A stretch of 64,000 nucleotides of DNA from contig OX597826.1 of NCBI GenBank assembly GCA_951406725.2, forward strand, positions 51,212,001 through 51,276,000, written 5' to 3'. Under the pieces are notes generated by a model, which made no database searches, was not told the origin of the DNA, and saw nothing but the letters and a program-made list of their open reading frames with translations. Shown piece by piece: positions 43,537 to 55,510 of the stretch (its first letter is position 1; each line of letters opens with the position of its first letter). Source of the stretch: Octopus vulgaris. Lineage: Eukaryota. Position numbers and translations under genes: made by a program.

Positions 43537-44954
43537 TATATATGAAATGTGAATATATTTACGTAAGAAACTATATGACATGGATAAATCAATTATATGA
43601 AGTAACAATAGTATATAAGCTTGAGAATGTAAATTTCTTCCTACTGTAATTGCAGAAACTAAACCAGAGCCGTAGAAGTTACTTTCAAAATTGATTGATA
43701 CGATGCTGCTGATTTTTCGCTCTAGGCCAAAATCTTATTGAAGAGATTCGTGTTTAAAAGTATATATTTGGAGATAAGGTGGCCGATTTCTTAAAACGCC
43801 GGATCAAATTCACTGTGGAACTTGTTCAAGCTGTTTGGGTTCATGTCAGTCTGGTTGAAACGATGCTCCTTTTTCAAAAAGAAAAAGACTAAAAAGATTA
43901 CAAATCAATGAGTGTATCAGTAATCCAGATAGTAATACAAAGTAGCTATTGCCCGGCAAATTTTATTCTCTTTTTAAGGTATTCCGTATTAAAGTCGAAC
44001 AATGGCGAGTTCACAGAATCATTTGCAAATCGTATAGAAACCCTTTGCGACATTTGAAAGGTACTTCTACTACTTTAGCTGTTACGTATTTCAGTTATTA
44101 GGCTGCGTCCTTGCTGGGGCACCGCCTTTTGGAATTTTTAGTCGAACTGACCGAACCCAGTACATCTTTTCTTTCTTTTAAAGCCTGGTAATATTCTATC
44201 GGTCTTTGGTGCTGAGTCGCTATCTTCCGGGTTCGAATCCCACCGAGGCTAACTCTGCTTTTTATCAATTCAGAAGCACTACTTCTGTACTGGGATTGAT
44301 TCTTCATCTATGCCCCTCTATTCTTTCTTTCTGGAAGAAACCGCTAGTGTTCCGATTTAGAATACGATACACTACGTAAGGTTGGCAAAAACAAAAAAAG
44401 CAAACCGCCCAAGAATGCCTTATGTCACCATGGGATCCCTTAAGAACTCCTCAGGAATTAAGGGCCCTAGCTAGCAAACAGCAACTCAAAGTTGACAAAC
44501 AACACCTGAAATCCGTTTTGGGTAAAATATTAGCTTATCTGATATACATAATCCAGAGAATCAGATACTCTCTCTCTTTTCGTCTGTATGCCACAAAATT
44601 TAATTTAGGTTTCAAGTCCTATGCAATGCTCAACTTGACGTCAATTTAAATCTGGCTTTAGTTATAATAACAATATGCACTGCCAAATAGGCCTGCAATA
44701 AATTATTCCACGAGTTGTTTAGTTTATTTTACTAGTTTAAAATTTTTTTTTGTTTTTTTATAATTTTTCAGGAAATGTCTGTTGTTATTCGTCCTTCGTA
44801 TTTTGTTTCCTTTCATTTTCCGTTGCATTGCAATAAAATCCCTGGGTTTCGGTGGATTGCCAACTTATTTAGCACAGAATAGAAATCAATAGAAACAACG
44901 AGAAAAATAATGTGGAATATGCACACACTAAGCCAGATATACAGTCCACACACA

Positions 44955-45055
<101 letters not shown>

Positions 45056-45328
45056 GCACACACACACACACACTGAGGCAAATAAACACATATATAATCA
45101 TACACATACACAAATACACACACACACACACGCACATATATATACATACATACATACATTCATACATACATACATACATACATACATACATACATACATA
45201 CATGCATACATACATACATACATACATATATACATATATATATATATCGACAATAGAAATACACCTCAAAACTGTTTTACATATATGTGTGTGTATGTAT
45301 ATTTGGTGAAAAAGAGAGAGAGAAAGAA

Positions 45329-45365
<37 letters not shown>

Positions 45366-45922
45366 AAGAAAGAGATATTTAAACAGAATATTAAACAAGA
45401 CCACAGACTTAAATATATATTAAATAAGCAAATAAATCACTGCAACAGATAAATAAATATAAAATATTGCTGAAAATAAAATATATAAAAATTTATCACG
45501 AAAAAAAAAAAAGAAGTTAAATAAAAAGCATCAGCATCAAAATGAGAAAATAGAAAAGAAAATTAGGTTTGAAAGAAATCTGTCCTCTTTGTAAAATAAC
45601 ACAAAATTAGAAGAATAATTCTCTATCCGCCATTGGCATTTGAACAACTCACAGTAATGACCTGACCACAGCACTATTTAATGAGAAAGAAAGATAGATA
45701 GATAGATAGGGAGAGAGAGAGAGAGAGAGGGAAAGAAAGAGAGAAAGAGAGAGAGAGAAATAGAGAGAGAGAAAAGAAGCTGGAGATAACGAGATAAATT
45801 TATAGATAGAGAGATAAATTGGTAGAAAAATTGATATACAGATAGATGGTTTGATAGATATGTAGATCAATAGGTAGATGGACAGATGGATAGATCGATG
45901 ATTAGATGCATGGATAGACATG

Positions 45923-45964
<42 letters not shown>

Positions 45965-46038
45965 TATATATACACACATACACATGTATGTATGCATGCA
46001 TTGATAAATGGATAGACAGATAGAGTAATAATGTAGAT

Positions 46039-48252
46039 GAGTGGTTCTCAACCGAGGACTCCAGAGCCGCACGCGGCCCTCTAGCATTCTACCTGCGGCT
46101 TCAGATCTTTTTTAAAAAATATTTGAAAAAATATAGTTAAAGCAATATTTAGAAAGTCCTCATGTATATTACGAAATATTTGTACCAAAATTAAAATATT
46201 TTGAAAAATAACAAGCACGGGTGAGTCTTCGACTGAAATCGCGCTATTTTCGTTCATTCACCGATTCGAGTTTTCGATGACTTTGAGATATACTCGTGCG
46301 CACACACTGGCAAGAAACGACTAATCAGACAGGTTCATCACAGAACAGTAAATGAGCGTTATTGATCTGCGCATGTCATGACCTTCGACTATCGGAGTTG
46401 ATAGAGCAAGAAACCACTGAGTCAGCTATTATTCATTCTTTCATCGGCGCAATTGATTATCATCCACTATCATGGCGGAACTGCCTTCGAAGAAAGCTCG
46501 TACACTTATGCAACAAAATCGTGTATTTTAAGCCGATTGGGAAGTAAAATATTTTGTGATTGACAAAACGGCAAGACACACTACCATTTCTGTCCTGTGG
46601 TGATAAAGAGTTTAAGATCGTGTAATGCTAAGAGGCACTAAAAAACTCATTCTGCAGAATATGATTGCTACCAAGGAGGATCAAAGAAACGGAAGCTGGA
46701 ATTTTTCATGTCAGCACACACAAGGCAAACACATTTCTTCAAACATGTAAATGATTCTAAAGACATAGCAATGGCATCATACAGAATTAGACACCTGGCT
46801 TGCCACATGAAGCTATATTCAGATGGTGAAATAGTGAAACAGGTTATCATCGCATTCATTGAAGGATGTAGTTCTTCTTGCATAAAAGCTAAGAAAGTAA
46901 GGCTCATCAATGACACAGTAACTAAAAAATTTGAATGCATATCTAATGACCTAAATGACCAGCTTCTCAGTAAATCGCGGGATTTGGTTTGCTATTTTAT
47001 TGCTCTTGACGATACAAAAGACATTACCGATACAGAGCAACTGGTTGTATTCTTTAGGGAATACAGACTTTCAGATTTACGAAGAATTTTTCATGCTGCG
47101 TTCTTATTCATGTCCTACCCACTAAACAAAAATTGAAAATATATGCTTCGTAGATTTCGTGCAAACTCGCATCAAGCACATTTGGATCCGTCAAAGCTGT
47201 TTTCGGTTGCCACAGATGGAGGTCCTTCTATGCTTGCATGAAAACAAGGTCTTCACGAACTAGTTGCCATAAGGCAGGCAGAGGACAAACTCCTGAGATA
47301 TGGCATCACTGCATTATACACTAGGAAATTATGGTTGCTAAGTCGCTGAAAATGGCCAATGTGACAGAGGCTATAATATCAATCATAAATTGGATTTGTA
47401 CAAAAGTCCTGAACCATCGTAATTTCAAGCAGTTTCCGGCGAATATTTATATTGACTATGGAAATGGGCTCATGTACACTACTGCTCGATGATTAAGCCG
47501 TGCCGCATGCCTCAATAAATTGTAAAAACTTCTCCCGGAAATGAAAGCTTTTGCTGAAGGGAAAATAATCTTCTCTCAACTCAGGAACATTTGCTTATTT
47601 GGCTTTAATGGTTGCTAACAACGATTGCCTTTCGACTTTAAACCGTTCATTACAAGGGAAGAACAAGCTCCATCATCAATTGTACAGCACAACACTGACT
47701 GTTTTCACTGCAAAGTTTCACATTTGGAAGACGCCAATTGCTCGTGACACTACAAATCCGTTTTCCCTAACTTTCTGAGCATAAACTCAAAAGAATAAGT
47801 TCAAGATCATTAGTAACTTGATAGAAGAATTTGAATCTAGTTTTGACGACATCGAGGAGATTGATGCAGTTACCGCCCCTGACGGATTTCAGATGGAGCT
47901 CCTGGACTTGCATTTAGATATGGCACTAACATCCGCATTCAAGACTCATCAGCTATTTGAGTTTGAAGTCGAATCTCAGGGAGGAAACCTAATTTGATTG
48001 CTAATATACAGCTTTTGCGTACTGCATCTTCCAATATGAACCCTCCTTTTGACAAGCTAGTTGAAAGTCGAAAGCAAAATCGTTTCAAGTTAAATTCCAT
48101 TGGATCCATCATTTTTTGTTAAGGCCTTCCTTCTATAAATATAGTACATTTTTCTTTAATTGACTTCTGTTTTAATTTGTTTTTGATGCAGCTCCCTGAA
48201 TAAATCCAGATTTAGGATCTGACCCGTATATTAAAAATGTTGAAAATCACTG
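46039..48252 (+). mobile_element. Full-span hAT transposon (GTF2IRD2/SPIN-like), transposase pseudogenised
   Basis: TIRs gagtggttctcaa / ttgaaaatcactg. 8-bp TSD atgtagat / atgtaaat. Motifs IALDDTKDITDTEQLVVF, ATDGGPSM, HCIIH and LNHRNFKQF. Confidence 0.9.
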
Positions 48253-49352
48253 ATGTAAATGGTAAATCATGCTGAATTTCTGTTTATAAAAACAAAAGCA
48301 ATTAAAAGAAAGAGGATGCCCGAACACGGTTGTTTTGAACCGCTGGTGATACCAGCAAAACCTCGTTCAAATCGAAACCCTACCGTCTTAGAGCATGGCT
48401 CGTTGGATAATATGGTTGATGAAATGTCTTTAATTTTATGTTTGCTCGGGTTGACTTTGGGCTAAACCACGACCAATATCACCCCTATCGCAAAGCTGCA
48501 ATAATAGAAGAAGCAGAAAATAAGTAGAGTAGTTATTTGAAAAACATTGCTGGTAATTTCTTAGCAGCTGACATAAAGGTTTCACCTTCACCGTCATCAT
48601 CATCATCGACATCTTCCTGCTGCTGCTCCTCCTCGTCGTCGTCATCATCATGATCATCATGCAGCGTTAGCAACAGAATCTTTTCATATTTGATATTTTC
48701 TTTTCCCTACGCATACATGCATGCATACATACATACATATATACATAATACGTAAGTACATACATACATACATACAAACATACATACATACATATATACA
48801 TAATACGTACGTACATACATACATACATACATACATACATACATACATAAAGACAGACAAGTTAACTCGCTTACACGGTAGATACATTTATACACATGCC
48901 TATGTATAACATGTATCGCATATATGTATGTATATGTATATACATACACTTATATACATATAATATATATATATAAATACATATAAACATGCATACGTAC
49001 ACACGCACACACACAAACACACACACACATAAGATCAAATTCTCTCAACCGATCAATAAGCCGACTGAGTAAACCTATCAACAACGAACCTTAATATTTA
49101 CTGGAAACAGCTGTAAGTCAAATTTTCGACAATTAAGAAAAATATGTAATTACCATCATTTATGCTTTGTCTTGTGTGTAAGTGTGTGTGTGTGTGTATG
49201 CATGTATTATGTATGTATGAGGTTGCGTCACCTAGTGGTTACGGTGTTCCGTATGCTGGCATCTGTTGGCGCGCAACAAAACAACTCCAAGAACTTTTCT
49301 TTTTGACACCACTTCATATTTCCGCGTATGTATATATACTTTTGTAATTATT

Positions 49353-49384
<32 letters not shown>

Positions 49385-49397
<13 letters not shown>

Positions 49398-49621
49398 TTA
49401 AGGATAAAACCACTATTATGCAATTCAAACAATGACAGACATAAACCAAAACATAAATAACAAATAAAAACTATTTTTATAAAACGTATAACTAGATCAC
49501 AAAAAGTATAAAAATGAATAATATTGGTTTTATCTCTAATTCATATTTTATATATTTATAGTGTGAAATTTGATTTAATACTAAATTGAATTTTTCCCTG
49601 TAAGTTTGAAGTTATATTCCC

Positions 49622-49630
<9 letters not shown>
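49385..49630 (+). mobile_element. Short non-coding element related to 52145-52830, inserted in (TA)n
   Basis: Imperfect inverted repeat 49385-49412 / 49525-49552. Tail gatttaatactaaattgaatttttccctgtaag...ttccctaatatt is homologous to the reverse complement of 52145-52215. Confidence 0.65.
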
Positions 49631-49691
<61 letters not shown>

Positions 49692-50180
49692 TAGATAGAT
49701 AGATAGATAAAGAGATAAATAGATATCGGTATATAAATTTTAAATAAGGCTAACGGCATACTGACAACTACTAATAATACTTAACGGTACGGAGTACTCC
49801 TTATATTTATGCATATAGATATACAAACATATACCAATACTCTGATATGTACACACACATATACACACATATATATACGCTGACAGAATCAGTGACATCA
49901 GGAGCGTTCAGCTTCTTCGAATGTATATTCGATTTATAGTTTTACGGTTTTTTTCTTGATTTATCTATTCTGTGCTTTTTTTGTTTTTGTTAGCTGTTAG
50001 TGTATGGCAATTTTTCATTCCTCTCATCCTTACAGACACCTTCATCTCTTTCTTCGATATCCCCACCTCTTCATTTCCATTCCATTTTCCTTACTTCTTA
50101 GCCCACCCCGTTTCCAACTTCTCCATTTTAATAATTTTTAGCTCTGCGTTGTTCTCCTTTTGTTATGCGAAGAGCTTGTT

Positions 50181-50513
50181 TTTCTTCTTCTTCTTCTTCT
50201 TCTTCTTCTTCTTCTTCTTCTTCTTCTTCTTCTTCTTCTTCTTCTTCTTCTTCTTCTTCTTCTTCTTCTTCTTCTTCTTCTTCTTGTTCCTCTTCTTCTT
50301 CTTCTTCTTCTTCTTCTTCTTCTTCTTCTTCTGTTTCTTCCTCTTCTTCTTCTTCTTCTTCTTTCTTCTTCTTCTTCTTCTTCTTCTTCTTCTTTCTTTC
50401 TTCTTCTTCTTCTTCTTCTTCTTCTTCTTCTTCGATCGTCAACCCTATATATACATCTGCCATATGCTGCTGCACTGTAGCTGCTGCTGCTGCTGCTGAC
50501 AATAACTATAATT

Positions 50514-50595
<82 letters not shown>

Positions 50596-50600
50596 TATTA
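50181..50600. repeat. (TTC)n ~250 bp followed by (CTG)n and (TAA)n
   Basis: Seen directly. Confidence 0.95.
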
Positions 50601-50735
50601 ATAATAAGATAATAATGCTTACGGCTAGTAATATGATTAGATAAATTACTGTCGAAACATTTCGAAGTGAAATCTCGGTTCTAAGTTATTCGTCTTGTAA
50701 TATGGATATTTATGCTTGTACGTGTGTGCATGTGC

Positions 50736-50806
<71 letters not shown>

Positions 50807-50934
50807 TGTGTGTGTGAGTGTGGGTGTTTTTTCTGTGTGAATATGTGTGTTGTAATTTAAAAATGGAAATTTACTTTCATCTTGCATCGTTCGCTCCTGG
50901 TTCTTTTTGTCGTTTTGTTCCTTTCCTTCTCATA

Positions 50935-51780
50935 AACCAATGTAAATTATAACCAGCCGTCATTCGCATCCGAGTGAGTATGGGTTGATAAGGTGTACTA
51001 TACTTTTGCCAATTATTTTAGGTGCTTACGTAATCGCGAGCAATCATAGACACACTCTCGGCTCCCACCACACGTGATCCGTAGATACTCCCATTGAATC
51101 CAACCACATGGTGAGTCTAGATGTGATAAGTCTGTTCACAAAAGTCCCGACTCGTGAAGCACTATCGGTGATTCAAGAAAAATTAGTGACAGGCACCCAT
51201 CTAAAAGAACGCACTAGTATACCAATACGAAATATGATGGAAATGTTGTAGAAACTACCTACTTCAGTATGGGCACTGATATATATCAACAAGGAGAGGT
51301 TTTGGCTATGGGTTCGCCATTATCACCGATAATAGTCAATATATTCATGGAATACTTTGAGAGTTTGGCTTTAGGATCAACACCACTAAAACCAACACTA
51401 TAGCTGCAATATGTTGAGGACACCTTTATACTCTGGCCCCACCAGGAAGATGTCCAAGTGCTGTTAAATCATGTGAACTCAATAAAGCCAGCCATATAGT
51501 TCACAATGGAAAAGGAAAAAGACTATCAGCTAGCATTCCTGGACGTATTAATAACACGCACCAAGTATGGATTCAGGACATCCGTATACCTTCACTGGAC
51601 GATACCTCAATTTTAATTCCCACCATCCACACAGTGTAAAGAGAGGGATTGCTCAGTGCCTAAAACATCGAGCAAAGAATATAAGTAGCGATCGTGATAA
51701 CCGCCACAAAGAAATGAGCAAGCTCGATAACAAACTATTAAGCAACAAGTACCCCCAAAACAAGCGAATGAGAGGCTGAT
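50935..51780 (+). mobile_element. Penelope-like element reverse transcriptase relic
   Basis: MVSLDVISLFTKVP, AMGSPLSPIIVNIFME, YVEDTF (mutated YVDD), FTMEKE...LAFLDVLI and TGRYLNFNSHHPHSVKRG, with stops and deletions. Confidence 0.92.
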
Positions 51781-52017
51781 AAATATAGGAATAAAAATGT
51801 GAATCTTCAAAATGGCAGACCGCCTACGATAAAAGTGACACAAGCTACCAAGGTTAAGAACAATAAATATAAAGGATCCGAAAAATAGGAGGGTGTTCCA
51901 TCTACGGCCGTTTCAGGGATACATTACCGGTCAGGGTTTAAAAAATTAAAGCTTCCATCTATGCGTTCGGGAATTTGGTCGACTGCCTAAGATTTACGTT
52001 TTCATTTTCCTCTACTT

Positions 52018-52074
<57 letters not shown>

Positions 52075-52095
52075 GGACTGATGAGTTCATCAACA

Positions 52096-52144
<49 letters not shown>

Positions 52145-52148
<4 letters not shown>

Positions 52149-52817
52149 TTAGGGAATAAATCCAAATTTACAGGGAAAAAATCAGATTTAGGATTAAATC
52201 CAATTTTATAGTAAAATATTATATAATATTAATTCGAGACAAAACCACTATTTTGTAAAACAAACAAGGAAAGACTTAATCAATACATAAAATTTTTTAT
52301 ATAAAGTAAGTAAACCGCCACTACAATTGTTTCATGTCTTCAAATGACATTCGTCAGGTGGATTTCCGATCTTCTAGGTTATGTGCTGTTTATCTGAATA
52401 TGAGGTCAGATATGATTTTGACGGGTAGTTATGACGGGTGTATTGTGTTTCATATATTTCATATATTTGTACCCAAGCTTCACTCTGGTGGTGTGTGCTA
52501 CTCACTTTTTTCATACTTTAATTCTTCAAGTATTTCCATACATTTTCAAGTTAATTTGTATTTCGACCAACATAGAGTGGCAGCTGGAGAGCGGTGGCTC
52601 GTTTACATTAAGTTCTCAGAGAAAATATCAACTGCGTTGTTTTGCCTTGTGTCTTTCCGTGGTTTATAAAATTTCTGGGGGTTTTTTGGCACTCTATCTT
52701 ATATGTCTAATGAGACAGGACTTTCTTTCCAATTTAATATTTTCAATTCCTTTTCAGAATCTTGTAGTATATAGTCCGGTTTCTTTCGCCCTGAGTTTAA
52801 AGTGGTTTTGTCTCGAA

Positions 52818-52830
<13 letters not shown>
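52145..52830 (-). mobile_element. Non-autonomous PLE pLTR/retrozyme-like element with hammerhead and 30-bp inverted repeat
   Basis: tatataatattaattcgagacaaaaccact (52220-52249) is the exact reverse complement of 52801-52830. (TA)n on both sides; internal hammerhead. Confidence 0.7.
52318..52361 (-). ncRNA. Minimal type I hammerhead ribozyme
   Basis: Minus strand CCAC-CUGACGA-AUGUC-auuugaa-GACAU-GAAA-CAAUUG-UA-GUGG. Complete catalytic core, 4-bp stem I, 5-bp stem II and palindromic ACAAUUGU stem III. Confidence 0.85.
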
Positions 52831-52899
<69 letters not shown>

Positions 52900-52903
<4 letters not shown>

Positions 52904-53062
52904 GGGCATTTTTCAGTTTCTGTCTCTACCAAATTCACTCACAAGGATTTGGTCGGCCCGAGTCTCGAGTAGAAGGAGCCCAATGTGCCACGCAGTGGGA
53001 GTGAATCCAGAACCGCGTTATTGGAAAGCAAGCTTCTTACCACCCAACCATGCCTGCACCTG
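52900..53062 (-). mobile_element. 5' half of SINE family A
   Basis: Minus strand gtgcaggcatggttgggtggtaagaagcttgc...ggattcactcccactgcgtggcacattggg. Confidence 0.7.
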
Positions 53063-53639
53063 TACTCAGCTGGTGTAATGACAACTAATGATAAAATAAC
53101 TACTAATTTTCAAAAGAAAATTTTTAATGTCCCGTAACATAAAGAGGCCGGTAGAACAAATGCTATTCTTAAAAAAACGAAAGGAAACAAGTACTTGGGG
53201 CGATATGTTCGACTAAACTCACCAAAGCGGTGCCCAAACATGGTCATAGTTTAAGTGAAAGATGATAGATTATCTTAAAATAAAATTACATAAAACAAAT
53301 TTCTTATTTGTATAACTCCTTCCATATTTACTCTGCCATTTACTCACTCTCTTCTTTCTGCCTCTGCCCCATACAGCCTGGTATGAGCACTCATCATGCG
53401 ATTTTTATGTTAAGTCTTTATGTCTCTTTCATGTGACACGTGACTGGAGAAATCAGCCAGCCAACCAACCAGCAAACCAACCAATCAACCAACCACCCAA
53501 CCAACCAAACAACAGACCAACCGACCAACCAACTGACCAACGAACGAACGAACGAACCAATCAACCAACCAGCCAGCCTACTGTCCGACCTACCAACATT
53601 TATATCAGCTATTATTATTATAATATATAAAAGTCAGCA

Positions 53640-53965
53640 AGGCGGCGAGCTCGCAGAAACGTTAGCCCGCCGGGCAAATGCTTTGTAGTATTTTGTCCGC
53701 CGCAGCGTTCTGAGTTCAAATTGTGCCTAGGTTAGAAAAGAATATATAGAAGTTAGTGAACTGCCAGAGTCATTAGCACGCCGGCTAAAATGCTTAGGAA
53801 CATTTCCTCCACCCTTACGTTCTAAGTTCAAATTCCACCGAGGTCGACTTTGCCTCCCATTCTTCGGATTTGATAAATTAAGTGGCAGCTGGGGTTGATG
53901 AAATCGACATGTCCCCTTCTACTAAAATTCAGGCCCTGTGTCTTCGATAGAAAGGATTATTATTA
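53640..53965 (+). mobile_element. SINE family B head fragment plus full copy
   Basis: ggcggcgagctcgcagaaacgttagc at 53641, then a second copy from ~53755 with gttcaaattccaccgaggtcgactttgcc. Confidence 0.75.
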
Positions 53966-54194
53966 TATCAATACGCTAACTTTTTGCTTTTGTATGTACC
54001 TGTTGTGTGCGTCACATTTACTTCAATGAAGTGGCAAAGCGAGTGAGAGAAGGACATAGAGGAAGTAAGAGAGAGAGAGAGAGATAGAGAGAGAGAAAGG
54101 GAGAGTGAGAGAGAAAATGAGAGAGAAGAGAAAGGGAGAAAGGGAGATTGAGAGAGAAAGTGAGAGAGTAAGAGAGAAAAGGTAGGGAATGGAA

Positions 54195-54425
54195 GAGACA
54201 GTGAATGGTGACGGCGTTCGTTTTGTGTTTTTACATGTTTCAAAGCGGAAATAATAGAGAAAGAGACAGTGAGTGGTGACAGCGTTCGCTTTGTGTTTTT
54301 GAATGTTTCAGAGAGGATGTTTAGAGGGAAAGAAAGAGAGTGAGAGAGGAGAAACTGAGAAAGAGAGAGAGTGAAAGAGACAATAAGTGTTGACGGTGTT
54401 CGTTTTGTGTTTTTAAATGTTTATC
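54195..54425 (+). repeat. Three dispersed copies of a ~50-bp motif in GA-rich sequence
   Basis: gagacagtga.tggtgac.gcgttcg.tttgtgttttt..atgttt at ~54195, ~54262 and ~54377. Confidence 0.8.
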
Positions 54426-55074
54426 ACATCGCAAGAGAAGTAGGTACATAGATACGTATACACATTGTTAAATCAAAAGCGGGAGAGAATAGGGACACAA
54501 AAGAAATGAAAGAGAAAGGGTGAAACTGAGAGAGACAGTAGATACATAAATGCAAAGAAAAGATCATATATATATATACATACACACAGCGAATATCGGA
54601 TGTCAATTTCACTTTTCATTACCACACGAGGATAAAATTAACTCACAAATGGTTGAGTACTCCACAGACCTGCATAACAGCCTCCCACAGAAAACGAAAA
54701 GGCTGGCCACTTTGAATTACAGCTACAACTCTACACAAACACACACACACACAAACACACACATATATATATATGAATGTATTTGTGTGTGTGTGTGTGT
54801 GTATGTGTGTGAGTATAGTTTAGGTTAGTTAAAACATGTTTGCAATAAGTGTCGCGTGGTGGAAATAAATGCAATTACCAAACTGTCATTTATAAATCCA
54901 CTTATTTCGTTCTTTTGCATTTCAATTTGTACGTTAAATTCCGTTTACCCTAATTCCGTTTACGTTTGTGTAACAAACATTTTGGTTGGATTATATAGTC
55001 ATTTGTGCTACATTGCTTTCTATATTCTGTAACTGTCACGATATACTTTTCTAGGCTTGATTTTTTTGTGGAGA

Positions 55075-55510
55075 AGGAGGGGGGATTGACTAGATCGACC
55101 CTAGTACACAACTGATACTAAACTTATCGACCCCGAAAGGACGAAAGGCAAAGTCGATCTCGGCAGAATTTGAACTCAGAACGTAAAGACAGACGGTCAT
55201 AATATACAGACATTTCTCATAGCATCAGTACACTGTTTACAGATGCTTACATCTTTTATGTTTTCCGTGAATTCTCCACGGGTCCAGCTAGTATATATTA
55301 AAGTCGGTGAGCTGGCAGAATCATTAGCAAGCTGGGTAAAATGCTTATCAGCATTTCGTTCACCCTTACGTTCTGAGTTCAAATCTCACCGTGGACGACT
55401 TTGCCTTTCATCCTTTCGGGGTTGATAAAATAAGTATCAATTGAACTGATATAATCGGCTTGTCCTCTCCCTCGAACTTGTTGACCTTGTGCCAAAATTT
55501 GAAACCATTA
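55075..55510. mobile_element. Two SINE family B copies, head-to-head
   Basis: Minus copy ~55075-55196 and plus copy ~55302-55507. Confidence 0.75.

Noticed and set aside
52070-52100. CTGATGA motif in a 30-bp island between (TA)n tracts
   Set aside because: No downstream GAAA or stems; only a tiny tgatga/tcatca palindrome.
54195-54425. CRISPR-like repeat-spacer pattern
   Set aside because: Only three degenerate copies with irregular GA-rich spacers, eukaryotic context and no cas genes.
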